From Macrostomum lignano (Eukaryota), in the NCBI GenBank assembly GCA_002269645.1, contig NIVC01001727.1, positions 12,383 through 76,382 of the forward strand: a stretch of 64,000 nucleotides of DNA, read 5' to 3'. A program made the translations under genes and the position numbers. This document shows positions 29,000 to 42,484 of the stretch, piece by piece. Each line of letters starts with the position of its first letter. Within the stretch, counting starts at the first letter, position 1. The notes beneath the pieces were generated by a model. The model made no database searches. It worked only from the letters and a program-made list of their open reading frames with translations, and was not told the DNA's origin.

Positions 29000-29380
29000 G
29001 TGAGAATTCCGCTATTTTAGATGATTTTTTTCATGGCCGATATGTTGCGAAAAAACTTTAAATTTGCATATAATAAGTGGCTTTATGGCGAACTTGAAAC
29101 AGCCGATATGTAGCGTATAACTATTTAAATTGGTATAATATGTGGCTTTATAGCGAACTTATAATGGCCGGTATGTAGCGTATAACTATTTAGATTATCA
29201 TAATGTGCAATTTAAATTAAAATTTAAAGTTAAAAGGGCCTGTAATTTGACTGCCATTCATATTAGTTGGAATTGCACGGCTTTAAGGTTAAAGTTCAAT
29301 TAACCGATATGTAGCGTAAAATACTTTCCAGGGCAGAATTCGTTATAGTTATATTATAACTACTATTTCCTATTCGCCAG

Positions 29381-31091
29381 GCACAAGCGGTCGTCGCACG
29401 GCAGCAAAAGCAGAAAAGACAAGAAGCACAAAAGGAGCAGCCGGCATCGGAGTGGCAGCGCAGGAGGCGGCGGCCGTCACAGTCGTAAGCGTCGGCGTAG
29501 ACGCGAAGACGACGATGCGGAGGACGATGAGGACGGAGACGACTGGCGACCCGGCGGAGGCGGCGAAGGTCGACGTCGCTCCCGGCACCCGCCGCCGGCT
29601 AAGCGAGGCCGACGGCGAGGACGCGGCCGCAACGAATACGACTCAGATGACGACATTGAGGAGTCTGAGGAGGATCAGTCCGAGGATGAGGCGCGGCGCC
29701 CGACTCGGCGAGCTGCAGCCCGGCGGGTCGTGTTCCAGGAGGACGAGGAAGACGAGGAAGAAGAAGAAGAAGAAAATGAAGCAGAGGCGGCACAGAAGCC
29801 GGGAAAAGCTAAAGAAGAAAATGAGGAAAAAGCTGAAGCAGAAGACGAGGCAGACGAAGACGCTCATGGCCGGCCAAAGTTGCAGATTGCTGGCAGGCAA
29901 AAGCAGCTGCACAAGCGTCGAGCCGCTTGTCTTGAAGACAGCGACGAAGAGTGGAAAGGGTCAGATGAAGAGGAAGAAGAAGAGGAAGAGGAAGAAGAAG
30001 AGGAGGAAGCAGAGGAAGAGGAGGAAGAAGAACCGGCTCCAGCAAAGGCAACGGTTGCTAAGCAGCAAAAGCTAGCCACGATTGATGATCGAAATAAAGA
30101 AAAAGAAGAAGAAAATGAGAAACAACAAACAGCAGCAGAAGAGAAGGCCGATGCCGAGACGGCAGCAGAGTCTAAACAGACTGAAATAGTTGATGAAGCT
30201 AAGAATAAAGCCATTGAAGAAGAAGTAGCTGAGACAGCGGTTGCTGCTGCTCCAGCGGAAACTGAAGACAATGCGGAAGACGAGGAGCTGCCGGATAAGG
30301 AGGCCGAGCTGCGCGAAGCCGAGCTGCGGATGGCGCAGGAGGCGGCCAGCTCGATGCCGCAGCAGCCGCCTGCTGTCCAGCGGCTGGAAGCGCCAGCAGC
30401 AGAAGCAGCCGAGCCTGTCCCCACTGCGGCAGCAAAGCCAGCAGCAGCAGCAACAACAAGCAGGACTCAGCAGCAAAGGAAGCAGAAACAGCAGAAACAG
30501 TTGCAGAAGCAGCAACAGCAGCAGCAGCAGCAATCTATTCAACAGCCTTCAATACCTTCGCAGCCAATTCAACCGCCAGTGTCTACAGTTGGTCACGTGA
30601 TGCCGCCTCAGCCGCCGCCGCATCCGCAGTACATGCCGCAGCAGCAGCAGCCAGTCATGCCGCAACACCAGCCGCACATCGTGTCCACAACAGCTGCCTG
30701 CCCGCCGCCGCCGCAGCTGCCAATACCTGCCGATATTAGAGAGCTCTACCTGCCGTCCTGCACTTACGGCGGGCCCAGCTACCAGCCTCAGCATCCGCAG
30801 CCATATCCGGTGTACACGGCTTATCAGCCGCAGCCGCAGCTTCCTCCCATGCAGGCCGGTAGCATGCTTGCCGAGCTGAACGATTTGGCACCTCCGCCGC
30901 CGCCGCCGCCAGCGCCGCAGATGCTGCCTCCCATGCCTGCTGTAGTCAGCAGCAGCAGTGGTGCCAACAGTGCCGGAGGAGCAGCCGGCGGGACGCCGTT
31001 CTATATTGACTCTCTGTTGCATCAGCAGCAGCCGGCGCCAACTTATCCGCCTGCCACCGGGGCTTATGGACAGCAGCATCAGCCGTTTTAA
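29381..31091 (+). CDS. RSF1: RSF1 coding exon 6 (acidic, Gln/Pro-rich C-terminus)
   Basis: Acceptor cctattcgccag|G (phase 2); the frame is open from 29382 and continues into ORF 29730..31091, ending at TAA. Confidence 0.88.
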
Positions 31092-31204
31092 AGTAACAAG
31101 ACGGATGGCACACTGTTTTCTGTTTGACATTGTTGTTTAGTTTGTAAGTTTATTGATACTATATATATGCGTTTATGTTAATGTGTATAATTGTAATTAA
31201 GTCT

Positions 31205-31535
31205 CGGCTGTGTTAGTTAAGAACCAACTGTGTCAGTTGAGAATCAGCTGTGTCAGTAAGAACCAACTGTGTCAGTTGGGAATCAGCTTTGTCAGTTTAG
31301 AATCAGCTGTGTCAGTTGAGAATCAGCTGTGTCAGTTAAAAATCGAATGTGTCAGTTGAGAATCAGCTGTGTCAGTAAGAACCAACTGTGTCAGTTGGGA
31401 ATCAGCTGTGTCAGTTTAGAATCAGCTGTGTCAGTTGAGAATCAGCTCTGTCAGTTAAGAATCAGCTGTGTCAGTTAAAAATCGAATGTGTCAGTTAAGA
31501 ATCATTGTGTCAGTTGAGAATCAGCTGTGTCAGCG
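31205..31535 (+). repeat. 20-bp tandem repeat downstream of the RSF1 stop, about 16 copies
   Basis: Unit agctgtgtcagttgagaatc and variants. Confidence 0.92.
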
Positions 31536-32890
31536 TAATCAATTTTAGTCAGAACTACCGGTCATGTGACTTAAGCCCCGCCTATTCTATACGAGTCCAC
31601 AGCAATGCAATCTGACTGTCAATACTGTTTATATTTCGTATTTGTTTATCGAATTTTGCATTACCCTGTCTGTTACGCCCCTGTGCAATGTTTATAAATT
31701 GATCCTTAATTTAAATTTGCGCACACCGCTTTACATAATGCTATCATACTACTGATGCTGTCCATTCTGAGTAGTCTGTCATATTTTTGTGTATGTACGC
31801 TTTACTAATTAAACCGTTATAATTATCAAGCCATTGCCCCATTGCGCATGCATGTCTCTCTAATGCAGGCATTTCCTATTCCATAAATGCGCGATTTCAT
31901 TGTTGCTTTTTTTCAGAATTTATCTATTCTGAAAACTTTTCTTTAAGAAAAACTTCGGGCACACCTGCAGTATACTACTAGTAGATAGTTATGCGCGTTT
32001 AAATTAATACATACAGAGCCATCCTGCTTTTAACGCGTTTTTTGTTTCTTTTTTTACTTTTGTACAAACAGATTGTGTAACCAACCTACTCATTAACAAG
32101 GCCTGCTGTTGTATTTTAGGTTACCTGTGTAGCATGTCTCTGTTGTAGTTCACTTTATTGTCTAAAAGTATATTTATTTCTTAGTTATATCATTTCCAAC
32201 CCGAAGTTAATCGTCTGTTAAATCATCTGTTAAAATTGTCCCGAGTGTTCAGTTCTGCATTCTCTCTGTAAGTAGTATCTGTTGCTTATGCACGCTCCTC
32301 TTAACTGTTAATTCTATCACATTTGCAATTAATGTAAAATCTATCTTAACTCTAATCTAAAAAATATATATGATAAAATTAAATCTGTGCAAATTTTGTT
32401 TTTAAAAGCCTCGCACAAATGCGCTTACAATTATAACAAACTTATAAATTGAAGAACAATGTCAGTGTAAAGTGCTTTTTTACTTTAAGTAGCATGACTC
32501 GCGCATACTCTCTTTATTTGCAAAGTTTTTATAATATCGATTAAATATCCTTAAAAATTTGTGATTTTGTGATTGAGCATGGTTCAATCCATGCTCAATA
32601 GATCTATTTAAGGCATATTTGCTTACTTACATGTTAGTTGGTCGGGACAAAGTCACATAAGTGACATACCATGCATTGTGCCGTGCCGTGCGGAGCCTGC
32701 CCACTGCCACTAGACTGAACTCAGTGTTACATATATTTCTTCGATACATATCGCCATTGGCTACAAAAAAACATTTTATTACGAGTATTCTTCGGGGCAG
32801 TTGTTTAACGTTTGGTGCTAAAAAATAATTTCGACTAATAACTAATGAGTTCGTTCTTATTTTGCATTGATAAGAGCAAAAAGCATTATT

Positions 32891-32962
32891 TTCCCTGACC
32901 GGGAGTCGAACCCGGGCCACCTGGGTGAAAACCAGGGATCCTAACCGCTAGACCATCAGGGA
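32891..32962 (-). tRNA. trnE: tRNA-Glu (anticodon TTC)
   Basis: Minus strand TCCCTGATGGTCTAGCGGTTAGGATCCCTGGTTTTCACCCAGGTGGCCCGGGTTCGACTCCCGGTCAGGGAA folds as a 72-nt cloverleaf; a T-run terminator lies just downstream. Confidence 0.97.
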
Positions 32963-33550
32963 CTTAGTGTGGGAGTTGGTTGAGTAGTATTTTAAACTTA
33001 CACAAGCCTTATTTTACGTAAAAATGATTTTACTTACAAGTTACAACTCACAACACGTTGATTGATTCGAAATTGCTATAGCAGTACCATTACTTTTATT
33101 AGTGTACAGTCGCTTAATCTGCAAAATTATCTATTTTATCGACTTTCTATCTATTAGTATCGATCGTAGTAGTATCGTTATAGTATCAAAGTCAAAGATA
33201 ATTGTTTATAAAATTATTCCAGTGGCTGTCTGGCTTGATTGGTTATTTTGTCAATAGATTGTATTAGTATGTGTAGCTCGTATACTACTAAATCAGTTAA
33301 ATTTTTAAACGAGGTTTATGATTCTACTTATTCTTGCTTTCAATTTTCATTGTTTTGTAAGTAGCCAGTAACGCGTATGCCAGCCGTTCGCTTAATAAGT
33401 ATAAAAAACTGATGGTCCATTTTTGCTTAGATTAATAAGTGACATGCGCATAATGAAGCTTTTGTGTTTTAGGTTCAGTTGTGTGCTACTGGTTATGGGG
33501 ATCAAGATTAAAATGAATAACTGATTAATAAGGCTGCTGTAAAAACTATA

Positions 33551-33622
33551 TTCCCTGACCGGGAGTCGAACCCGGGCCGCCTGGGTGAGAGCCAGGAATC
33601 CTAACCGCTAGACCATCAGGGA
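33551..33622 (-). tRNA. trnE: tRNA-Glu (anticodon CTC)
   Basis: Minus strand TCCCTGATGGTCTAGCGGTTAGGATTCCTGGCTCTCACCCAGGCGGCCCGGGTTCGACTCCCGGTCAGGGAA; intact stems; TTTTT terminator downstream. Confidence 0.97.
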
Positions 33623-34581
33623 CTGATACTAAGGCGACGCGATTGTATCCATAAAATACTTGTAAGCATATAACACCTTTTAGTAATGCCCCAGGCGGCC
33701 AGGGCCCAGTCCTAGTCAGAACTGTACAAATACATGTAGCTAAGGAAAAAACTGCATCGAGTAGACCGAAAATACGAATGCTAGTGTTGTGGTTGCTAAT
33801 TTCTATTGCTAGTGTTTATATAATATCACACTATCGATCGACTTCGATCGATTGACGATCGGCTGTCCTCTCCATTTGACCTCCAGCGACCCCCAATCCC
33901 ATTGATCGTCCTCGATTCACGTCGATTGACTTCAATCGACCCTATTTATTCTGCAAATTGATTCGACCCCCATAAAACAACATTGACCCCTGTCCAAACA
34001 AAACTAGAAGTGCTCCGAAAGAGTGCAATTATGATTATTGATTGGCTGAGCAACGGCCTAACGACGGCCATCGGATTTTTCCTTAGCAAACGTACGCAAA
34101 GCATGCATGGGTAATAAATGGTATTATTTACTTATTGTACCATAGACATTTTGCCTAAGCTACGCTTTAAGAGTGAGGGATAGGGGCTTGGGAGCCCCAC
34201 TTTGGGGCTCGATCCCCACCATAGACTATTTTAGCAGCAGTCGCAAAAATTTGTTTTCATGAGCTAACTGCTAAATAAAGCATGATGCAGCTTTCCCGGT
34301 GCCCGGCCACGATTTCAAACATTTTGCCGTATCGATAAAAAGAGCATTGCTCACAAGAAAATTCTCAGTCTCTGAGCACGAGCGCAGTTGCTCTAACTTG
34401 ATAATATTCTCCGAGTGCGAGCAAAATGCTCAAGAGGCAGAGGATATGAATAAAGAAAATCATCAAGCTCTGAGAATTTCCTCCGTGACCAGAGCAAATC
34501 CGCAGCCACTTTAAACCATAGACAAGACGTCTTCCCACTTGATTCTATTGACCTTTGCGTGGATCTGAAGCATATATACCA

Positions 34582-34898
34582 CATGGAGGAAAGAATAGAA
34601 TGGAGTGCTAATCTGAGCAAGTTATTTTTGTCTCGCTACGAGAGATCTTCACTTTTAACATCCCTCCCCCCTCGTTCTTTCCTATTGGCTCGTGACTGCC
34701 ATAGACAAAGTATTTTTCGTCTCGTTTTCGTTTTCGTTCCCCTCTGAAAGGTCTGTCCCAGCATAGTACGAGCTCGCATCAGAATATGCTTTCAGCCAAT
34801 AGGAAGGAACGGGGGGAAAGGGATTTTAAAAGCGAAAATCGAGCGAGATGAGAATAACTGGCTCAGATTAGCAACTCCATTCTATTCTTTCCTCCATG
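34582..34898. mobile_element. MITE with CATGG termini and 8-bp TSD (P-element-like or hAT)
   Basis: TIRs of about 56 bp starting CATGGAGGAAAGAATAGAATGGAG; TSD ATATACCA at 34574-34581 and 34899-34906. Confidence 0.88.
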
Positions 34899-35244
34899 AT
34901 ATACCAATAGACTGTAGGCATTCATTTTGGCGCCTCAGCCACTCCACTTTGGCGCTGCAGGCGCTATTTTTTAGCGCCCTAAAGCACAATTATTGATTTC
35001 CATAACGGGTCACAAGGTGGGGTGGGAGGGAGACAAAGCATCGGCATGTCCCCCTCCCTATCCTCCCGGAGGCGACGCCCCTGAACCCTTGCCTTGCCTT
35101 TTGCCTTGGACACCTGGTTTTTGCCGGGCTACATTGGAGCTCGATCGACTTCGAATAACCTCCATTCGCCCTCTATATCGACCTCAATCCATGAAAAAGC
35201 CCATGCCTTAACTGCCTAGCATGTAGCTGTAATACTGTAATTCC

Positions 35245-35470
35245 GACCTGGCCTTGCTTGCCTCTACGGCGGAGGCTGAGGCAGCCTGGTAGCAGCTGCG
35301 GCATCGGTCGGGCTAGCAGTGAACATATCAAGAAGACAAAGGTGATGACCTGTTCCTGAGGAGCTGCCTATCAACATCACCTGCCGGGACGCTGACGGTC
35401 GTGCAGCAACTCTACCTCGCTGCACACGCTTCACGCTCGACGGTCTTGTGCCCAGCCTTCGGCCCAGCGG
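35245..35470 (+). pseudogene. Fragment of non-LTR retrotransposon reverse transcriptase (RTE/CR1-like)
   Basis: Frameshifted translation DLALLASTAEA..LVAAAASVGLAVN(I)KKTKVM..LPINITCRDADGRAATLPRCTRF..GLVPS resembles the RT region after YADD. Confidence 0.6.
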
Positions 35471-36211
35471 TCTTGTGCTAGGAAAGCTGATCTGGCACCG
35501 CCCTTTGTGAACGACGGTGTGCCTGAGTTGTAGCTTTTGTTGCTGTAATTCCGAATTGTGTTATTAATTGAGGACAGGCCCAATGTTTTTGTGCAATTGT
35601 TTATAAGATACTGGCGAAGATCCTGTTGTGAATGATATTTTAATTATTTGTTTTACTGCTTGTGACAGGCACAAACGCCAAGCTACAGTTAAATATTTTA
35701 ATTATTTGTTTTACTGCTTTTAACAGGGCCAAGCTGAAAGCTACGCAAAGAGAAGTTTACGGTTAAAATTTATTATTAACTAACTACATGTATAGGTATT
35801 GAATAACTAACTTTTTCGAATGGCTAACTACATGTAAATGCAGCTAGGACGCCATTGTGCACTTTATTTCACAGTTAAATTACACCATAAGCATTGTCAA
35901 ACGGAACGCTGATAAAAGAATATTGGAAGATTAATAAATTAATAAATCAAAGATATCCGATCCATCGTTTAATTGAAAATTAATTCAGATAACCATTCTA
36001 CAAAGAATCGCTGGTTGATATTGAATAGAGTAAAACAATTATTTTCGAATCGGGACTTGAATCTACTATTTTATCAAAGTTTTACCAGATCTAGGCGAAA
36101 TCAAAGGTTACGAGAGCTGGTCAAGTATTGCAATAGTACGTGACTGTATCATTCTAATGAAAATCCGAACAATTGTTATACCGCTATCAGCTATAAACAA
36201 AATCCGGACAC

Positions 36212-36424
36212 TCAGGCGGGACTGTCCTGAGCTGGCATGATCACCGCCGCCTGCTTCTGCTCCAGCGCAGCACCGAACGGTACGCCTCGTTTCGGCACGT
36301 ACTCGCCTACGCGGGGCACCATGGTGATGCAGTCGATGATTGGGCAGACAGAGGCGCACAGGGTGCAGCCGGTGCAGTCGTCTGTCACTCGTGGCAGATG
36401 CGTCTCGGCGTCAAACTCGATGGC
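36212..36424 (-). CDS. DPYD: Dihydropyrimidine dehydrogenase, coding exon 5 (last; 4Fe-4S cluster)
   Basis: Acceptor caccgccag|GCC; [36 protein letters not shown]; TGA at 36212-36214. Confidence 0.95.
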   Translation of the reverse strand, partial: AIEFDAETHLPRVTDDCTGCTLCASVCPIIDCITMVPRVGEYVPKRGVPFGAALEQKQAAVIMPAQDSPA

Positions 36425-36468
36425 CTGGCGGTGGTGGCGGCGGGGGTGGCAGTGCAGGGAATGAGTCA

Positions 36469-37080
36469 CCCTAGACAACTCTCTGTAAGAGTGCACCGTA
36501 GACAACTCTAACCTCTGTAAGACACCCTAGACAACTCTAACCTCTGTAAGACACCCTAGACAACTCTAACCTCTGTAAGACACCCTAGACAACTCTAACC
36601 TCTGTAAGACACCCTAGACAACTCTAACCTCTGTAAGAGTGCACCCTAGACAACTCTAACCTCTGTAAGAGTGCACCCTAGACAACTCTAACCTCTGTAA
36701 GAGTGCACCCTAGACAACTCTAACCTCTGTAAGAGTGCACCCTAGACAACTCTAACCTCTGTAAGACACCCTAGACAACTCTAATCTCTGTAAGACACCC
36801 TAGACAACTCTAACCTCTGTAAGACACCCTAGACAACTCTAACCTCTGTAAGACACCCTAGACAACTCTAATCTCTGTAAGACACCCTAGACAACTCTAA
36901 CCTCTGTAAGACACCCTAGACAACTCTAACCTCTGTAAGACACCCTAGACAACTCTAACCTCTGTAAGACACCCTAGACAACTCTAACCTCTGTAAGAGT
37001 GCACCCTAGACAACTCTAACCTCTGTAAGAGTGCACCCTAGACAACTCTAACCTCTGTAAGAGTGCACCCTAGACAACTT
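36469..37080. repeat. 29/32-bp minisatellite filling DPYD intron 4
   Basis: Unit ccctagacaactctaacctctgtaagaca, with an agtgca variant; about 20 copies. Confidence 0.97.
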
Positions 37081-37091
37081 AACCTGATTAC

Positions 37092-37459
37092 CTGATATCC
37101 CGAATCGTTGCAAGTCATGTAGCACTTGCCGCAGTTGATGCACAAATCGTCGTTAACCAGAGCCACCACCTGCTGTTTATTATCGAGGTCGTAGTAGTTT
37201 CCAACCAGGCCGACACTGGCGCCAACAATGTCTGAAACTTTCGGAACTGGCTTCACGACCGGCCGCTGCCTCTGGGCCAAACCGGTTGAAGCCGGGTCAG
37301 GCTTGAGTAGGTCGCGAGTTCGAAGCAGCTCGTGCTCAAGCGCTTCCCTGCGCTGCTTGTAGGGCCCAAAGGCGGGCAGGGATTGGCCGGTAGCCAGCAG
37401 CGACTTGCCGCGCTGGTGCACCGGCGTTGGCGGGCTCTGGCCGGTCCAGTCCGCCAGGC
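37092..37459 (-). CDS. DPYD: DPYD coding exon 4
   Basis: Acceptor tggaacag|GC (phase 1); LADWTGQSP..HQRGK...QQVVALVNDDLCINCGKCYMTCNDSGYQ; donor CAG|gtaatc. Confidence 0.95.
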
Positions 37460-37629
37460 CTGTTCCAGTTGAATGGGATAAATGGAGATTTAAGGTTTTC
37501 ATTGGGCCTCGCTTCAGTCGTTAGAACAGCTGTGTTGTGTGTGCACTGGAGACACGTGGTCGAAAATGCCAAAACTGTTTGGCGTCAGGCAAGGCCAGCA
37601 GTCTAGTTCTTCCAGGTGGATTAATTAAA

Positions 37630-37960
37630 GTTGCTAGAGTCTCCGAATTGGTTGCTAGGGTCTTCGAATTGGTTGCTAGGGTCTTCGAATTGGTTGCTAG
37701 GGTCTTCGAATTGGTTGCTAGGGTCTTCGAATTGGTTGCTAGGGTCTTCGAATTGGTTGCTATGGTCTCGTATTTTGGTTGCTATGGTCTCGTATTTTGG
37801 TTGCTACGGTCTCGTACTTTGGTTGCTAGGGTCTCGTGTTTTTGTTGCCAGGGTCTCGTATTTTGGTTGCTCGGGTCTTTTTATCTTGGTCGCTAGGGTC
37901 ATCGTATTTTGGTTGCAACTCTTCGACTTGGTTGCTAGGGTCTCGAATTGGGTTGTTAGG
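37630..37960. repeat. 21-bp tandem repeat (DPYD intron 3)
   Basis: Unit tggttgctagggtcttcgaat, degenerating rightwards. Confidence 0.9.
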
Positions 37961-38935
37961 TGTGCCTAATGGTTAGCTAAGAGCACCAAATATGTACAAA
38001 AGCGATTCTAGTAAAATCAACGAAAATGTGTACAATCTCACAAATAAAAAAATTAGACATCGGGCAAGAATTAGTTTGTAGTTTCTCAATAAACCTACTT
38101 GCAGTAGTCAAGCCAGACAACTAGACCCCATCAGAAATTGACTCCCCCAATTTAATCATTCATCAATTTGACGGCAACATGCGCGAGCTGATAAGAGCGA
38201 GCAGCCGGTGCGAATCATAAAATTCGCGTAATAAAGTTGATAAGAATTTTTTACAACTTTCGCCCATCGGTTCTAAATTGCAAGCTACAGAGCAGACAAC
38301 CGGGAGGGGGTAGTAGCCGCCTGGATTAAAGATAAAAAATATGATTAAAGCTGGAAAAGTACGCGGTTTAAGACTTGAAAAGACACTGGATCAAGGACCA
38401 TCTATTATTGGAAACTATTGGAAATATACTCGTAGTATTATTGGAAATGGCCAATATCCACTTCTCTCTAATCTCCTCTCCTTTCGCCTCTCCTCTCCCG
38501 TTGTCTCCTTACGTATCCTTTATTCTCTTGCCTCTCCTTTCTCCTATCTCTCTTCTCTATCTCCTCTCTCCCCTCGGGCCCTCTCTCCCCATGCAACAGT
38601 TTCCCCACCTGGCCCTTGAGGTAAAATACTTTGCCGCCCCTCTGAAGTAATTAACTCTACTCGATAGCCCTATTAACCGATGAAGCAGCCAAAACGGCAA
38701 GATGCTGAATCAGACTGGGATTTCCAGCTCATCAGATGATGAATGGTCATTTAGCTTTACGGCGAAACCGACCTTTGTCTAGAAATACTCGTGATTTAAT
38801 CTACTTTCCTTTGACCCGTTTTGCCGAGAAAAATCTGCACTACAAAAATCAGATTCTGGGGAACGTACTAAAATGAGGGCGTATAGGTTTCTCACTGGGA
38901 CTGCAGCGATCATTTCTAAGAAAATGGAGTGTAGC

Positions 38936-41525
38936 CTGACATTAGACACCAGACATTAGACACCAGACATTAGACACCGGACATTAGACACCAGACATTA
39001 GACACCAGACATTAGACATTAGACATTAGACACTAGACATTAGACACCAGACATTAGACACCGGAGATTAGACACCAGACATTAGACACCGGACATTAGA
39101 CACCAGACATTAGACACTAGACATTAGACACCAGACATTAGACACCAGACATTAGACACCAGACATTAGACACCAGACATTAGACACCAGACATTAGACA
39201 TTAGACATTAGACACTAGACATTAGACACCAGACATTAGACACCGGAGATTAGACACCAGACATTAGACACCGGACATTAGACACCAGACATTAGACACT
39301 AGACATTAGACACCAGACATTAGACACCAGACATTAGACACCGGAGATTAGACACCAGACATTAGACACCAGACATTAGACACCAGACATTAGACACCAG
39401 ACATTAGACACCGGACATTAGACACCAGACATTAGACACTAGACATTAGACACCAGACATTAGACACCAGACATTAGACACCAGACATTAGACACCAGAC
39501 ATTAGACACCGGACATTAGACACCAGACATTAGACACCAGACATTAGACACTAGACATTAGACACCAGACATTAGACACCAGACATTAGACACCGGACAT
39601 TAGACACCAGACATTAGACACCAGACATTAGACACCGACATTAGACACCAGACATTAGACACCAGACATTAGACACCAGACATTAGACACCAGACATTAG
39701 ACACCAGACATTAGACACCAGACATTAGACACCGGAGATTAGACACCAGACATTAGACACCAGACATTAGACACCAGACATTAGACACCGGAGATTAGAC
39801 ACCAGACATTAGACACCGGACATTAGACACCAGACATTAGACACTAGACATTAGACACCAGACATTAGACACCAGACATTAGACACCAGACATTAGACAC
39901 CAGACATTAGACACCAGACATTAGACACCAGACATTAGACACCAGACATTAGACACCAGACATTAGACACCAGACATTAGACACCAGACATTAGACACCA
40001 GACATTAGACACCAGACATTAGACACCGGACATTAGACACCAGACATTAGACACTAGACATTAGACACCAGACATTAGACACCAGACATTAGACACCAGA
40101 CATTAGACACCAGACATTAGACACCGGACATTAGACACCAGACATTAGACACTAGACATTAGACACCAGACATTAGACACCAGACATTAGACACCAGACA
40201 TTAGACACCAGACATTAGACACCAGACATTAGACACCAGACATTAGACACCGGAGATTAGACACCGGACATTAGACACCAGACATTAGACACTAGACATT
40301 AGACACCAGACATTAGACACCAGACATTAGACACCAGACATTAGACACCAGACATTAGACACCAGACATTAGACACCGGAGATTAGACACCAGACATTAG
40401 ACACCGGACATTAGACACCAGACATTAGACACTAGACATTAGACACCAGACATTAGACACCAGACATTAGACACCAGACATTAGACACCAGACATTAGAC
40501 ACCAGACATTAGACACCAGACATTAGACACCAGACATTAGACACCGGACATTAGACACCAGACATTAGACACTAGACATTAGACACCAGACATTAGACAC
40601 CAGACATTAGACACCAGACATTAGACACCAGACATTAGACACCAGACATTAGACACCAGACATTAGACACCAGACATTAGACACCGGAGATTAGACACCA
40701 GACATTAGACACCAGACATTAGACACCAGACATTAGACACCAGACATTAGACACCAGACATTAGACACCAGACATTAGACACCAGACATTAGACACCGGA
40801 CATTAGACACCAGACATTAGACACTAGACATTAGACACCAGACATTAGACACCAGACATTAGACACCAGACATTAGACACCAGACATTAGACACCAGACA
40901 TTAGACACCGGAGATTAGACACCGGACATTAGACACCAGACATTAGACACCAGACATTAGACACCAGACATTAGACACCGGAGATTAGACACCAGACATT
41001 AGACACCGGACATTAGACACCAGACATTAGACACCGGAGATTAGACACCAGACATTAGACATCAGACATTAGACACCAGACATTAGACACCAGACATTAG
41101 ACACCGGAGATTAGACACCAGACATTAGCCATCAGACATTAGACACCAGACATTAGACACCAGACATTAGACACTGGAGATTAGACACCAGACATTAGAC
41201 ACCAGACATTAGACACCGGAGATTAGACACCAGACATTAGACATCAGACATTAGACACCAAACATTAGACACCAGACATTAGACACCGGAGATTAGACAC
41301 CAGACATTAGACACCAGACATTAGACACCAGACATTAGACACCAGACATTAGACACCAGACATTAGACACCAGACATTAGACACCAGACATTAGACACCA
41401 GACATTAGACACCGGACATTAGACACCAGACATTAGACACCAGACATTAGACACCAGACATTAGACACCGGAGATTAGACACTAGACATTAGACACCGGA
41501 CATTAGACACCAGACATTAGACAAA
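38936..41525. repeat. 14-bp minisatellite of about 2.6 kb (DPYD intron 3)
   Basis: Unit attagacaccagac with variants ccggac, ccggag and ctagac; roughly 180 copies. Confidence 0.98.
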
Positions 41526-42224
41526 TAGACGAGACAGAGCCACATAAACCTTAAAATACTGAAATCTCAAGCAACACACGATGATGCATCAGCTGATAGC
41601 AGATAGTAACTAAAACAAACTGACTGAGCAGAGCTGCTCAAGCACTGCAGCTAAGCTAGAGAGGAGAAAGCTGCAGCAGAAGGCCCAGGCAACGCCAGCC
41701 TGTCAGAGCTGTCAGCCTCGCAGCCCTATCGATTTTCGGCCTCAGTTTCAGCTGCTGAGGGACACGCCGGGAGTAAAAAAAATCGCCAGCGCAATGAAAG
41801 CCCATGGAGACTGGAGCACATCCTCCTCACCACTGCCACTGCCTAATCCTAGCAGGCAGAGTCCGCTAGACAGGCAGGAATGAAGTAGAAGAGAATTATT
41901 GTAGATAATGCTAATTCACCGCCAATGCTGGCTCGCTTCTTTTTCGAGTTCGCTCCGAATTCCCCTGGCAACTGCATAACCCTAAGCGCAGGGATTGTAC
42001 TAGGCGAAATCGCGCTGATTTGGGCAATTTTTGAGATCTAGCGATATGGGAAATGCAATCTGTATGCTCCCAACTGTCTTCCTGAGGGGATTCTGCAATG
42101 AAAGAATCCAGTTTGAAATTTGAACTCATTACTCAGGCCGCGATTCCTTGTTCCGTTTTGATTTTAAATCAGTTTTTAATGAGAATTAAATTTTTGTTAA
42201 GCCTTTTTTCGACGGGAACACTGC

Positions 42225-42390
42225 CCTAACACCCACCCCAAAGCACCCTTCCCAAACCAAACACACAAGAAACACCCACCCCACAACACCCACCCCAAAA
42301 CACTCACCCCAAAACACCCACCCCACAACACCCACCCCAAAACACCCACCCCAAAACACCCACCCCAAAACACCCACCCCAAAACACCCT
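42225..42390. repeat. 14-bp C-rich tandem repeat (G-rich on the sense strand) adjacent to the DPYD exon 3 donor
   Basis: Unit aaaacacccacccc, about 11 copies. Confidence 0.9.
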
Positions 42391-42393
42391 TAC

Positions 42394-42484
42394 CGTCCAG
42401 GGACTTCAAGTACAGCAAGGTTTTCAATCCGGTGACATAGTCGTCAATCAAAGTGAAGTCCTGATTCTGCACAGCGCTGCACAC
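42394..42484 (-). CDS. DPYD: DPYD coding exon 3
   Basis: Acceptor ttcacag|GTG; [30 protein letters not shown]; donor G|gtaagg. Confidence 0.95.

Noticed and set aside
38680-38790. Hammerhead ribozyme-like fragments (ccgatgaag...cgaaac), and cgaaacgtc on the minus strand near 62240
   Set aside because: No proper CTGANGA core with a correctly spaced stem II and flanking helices could be built.
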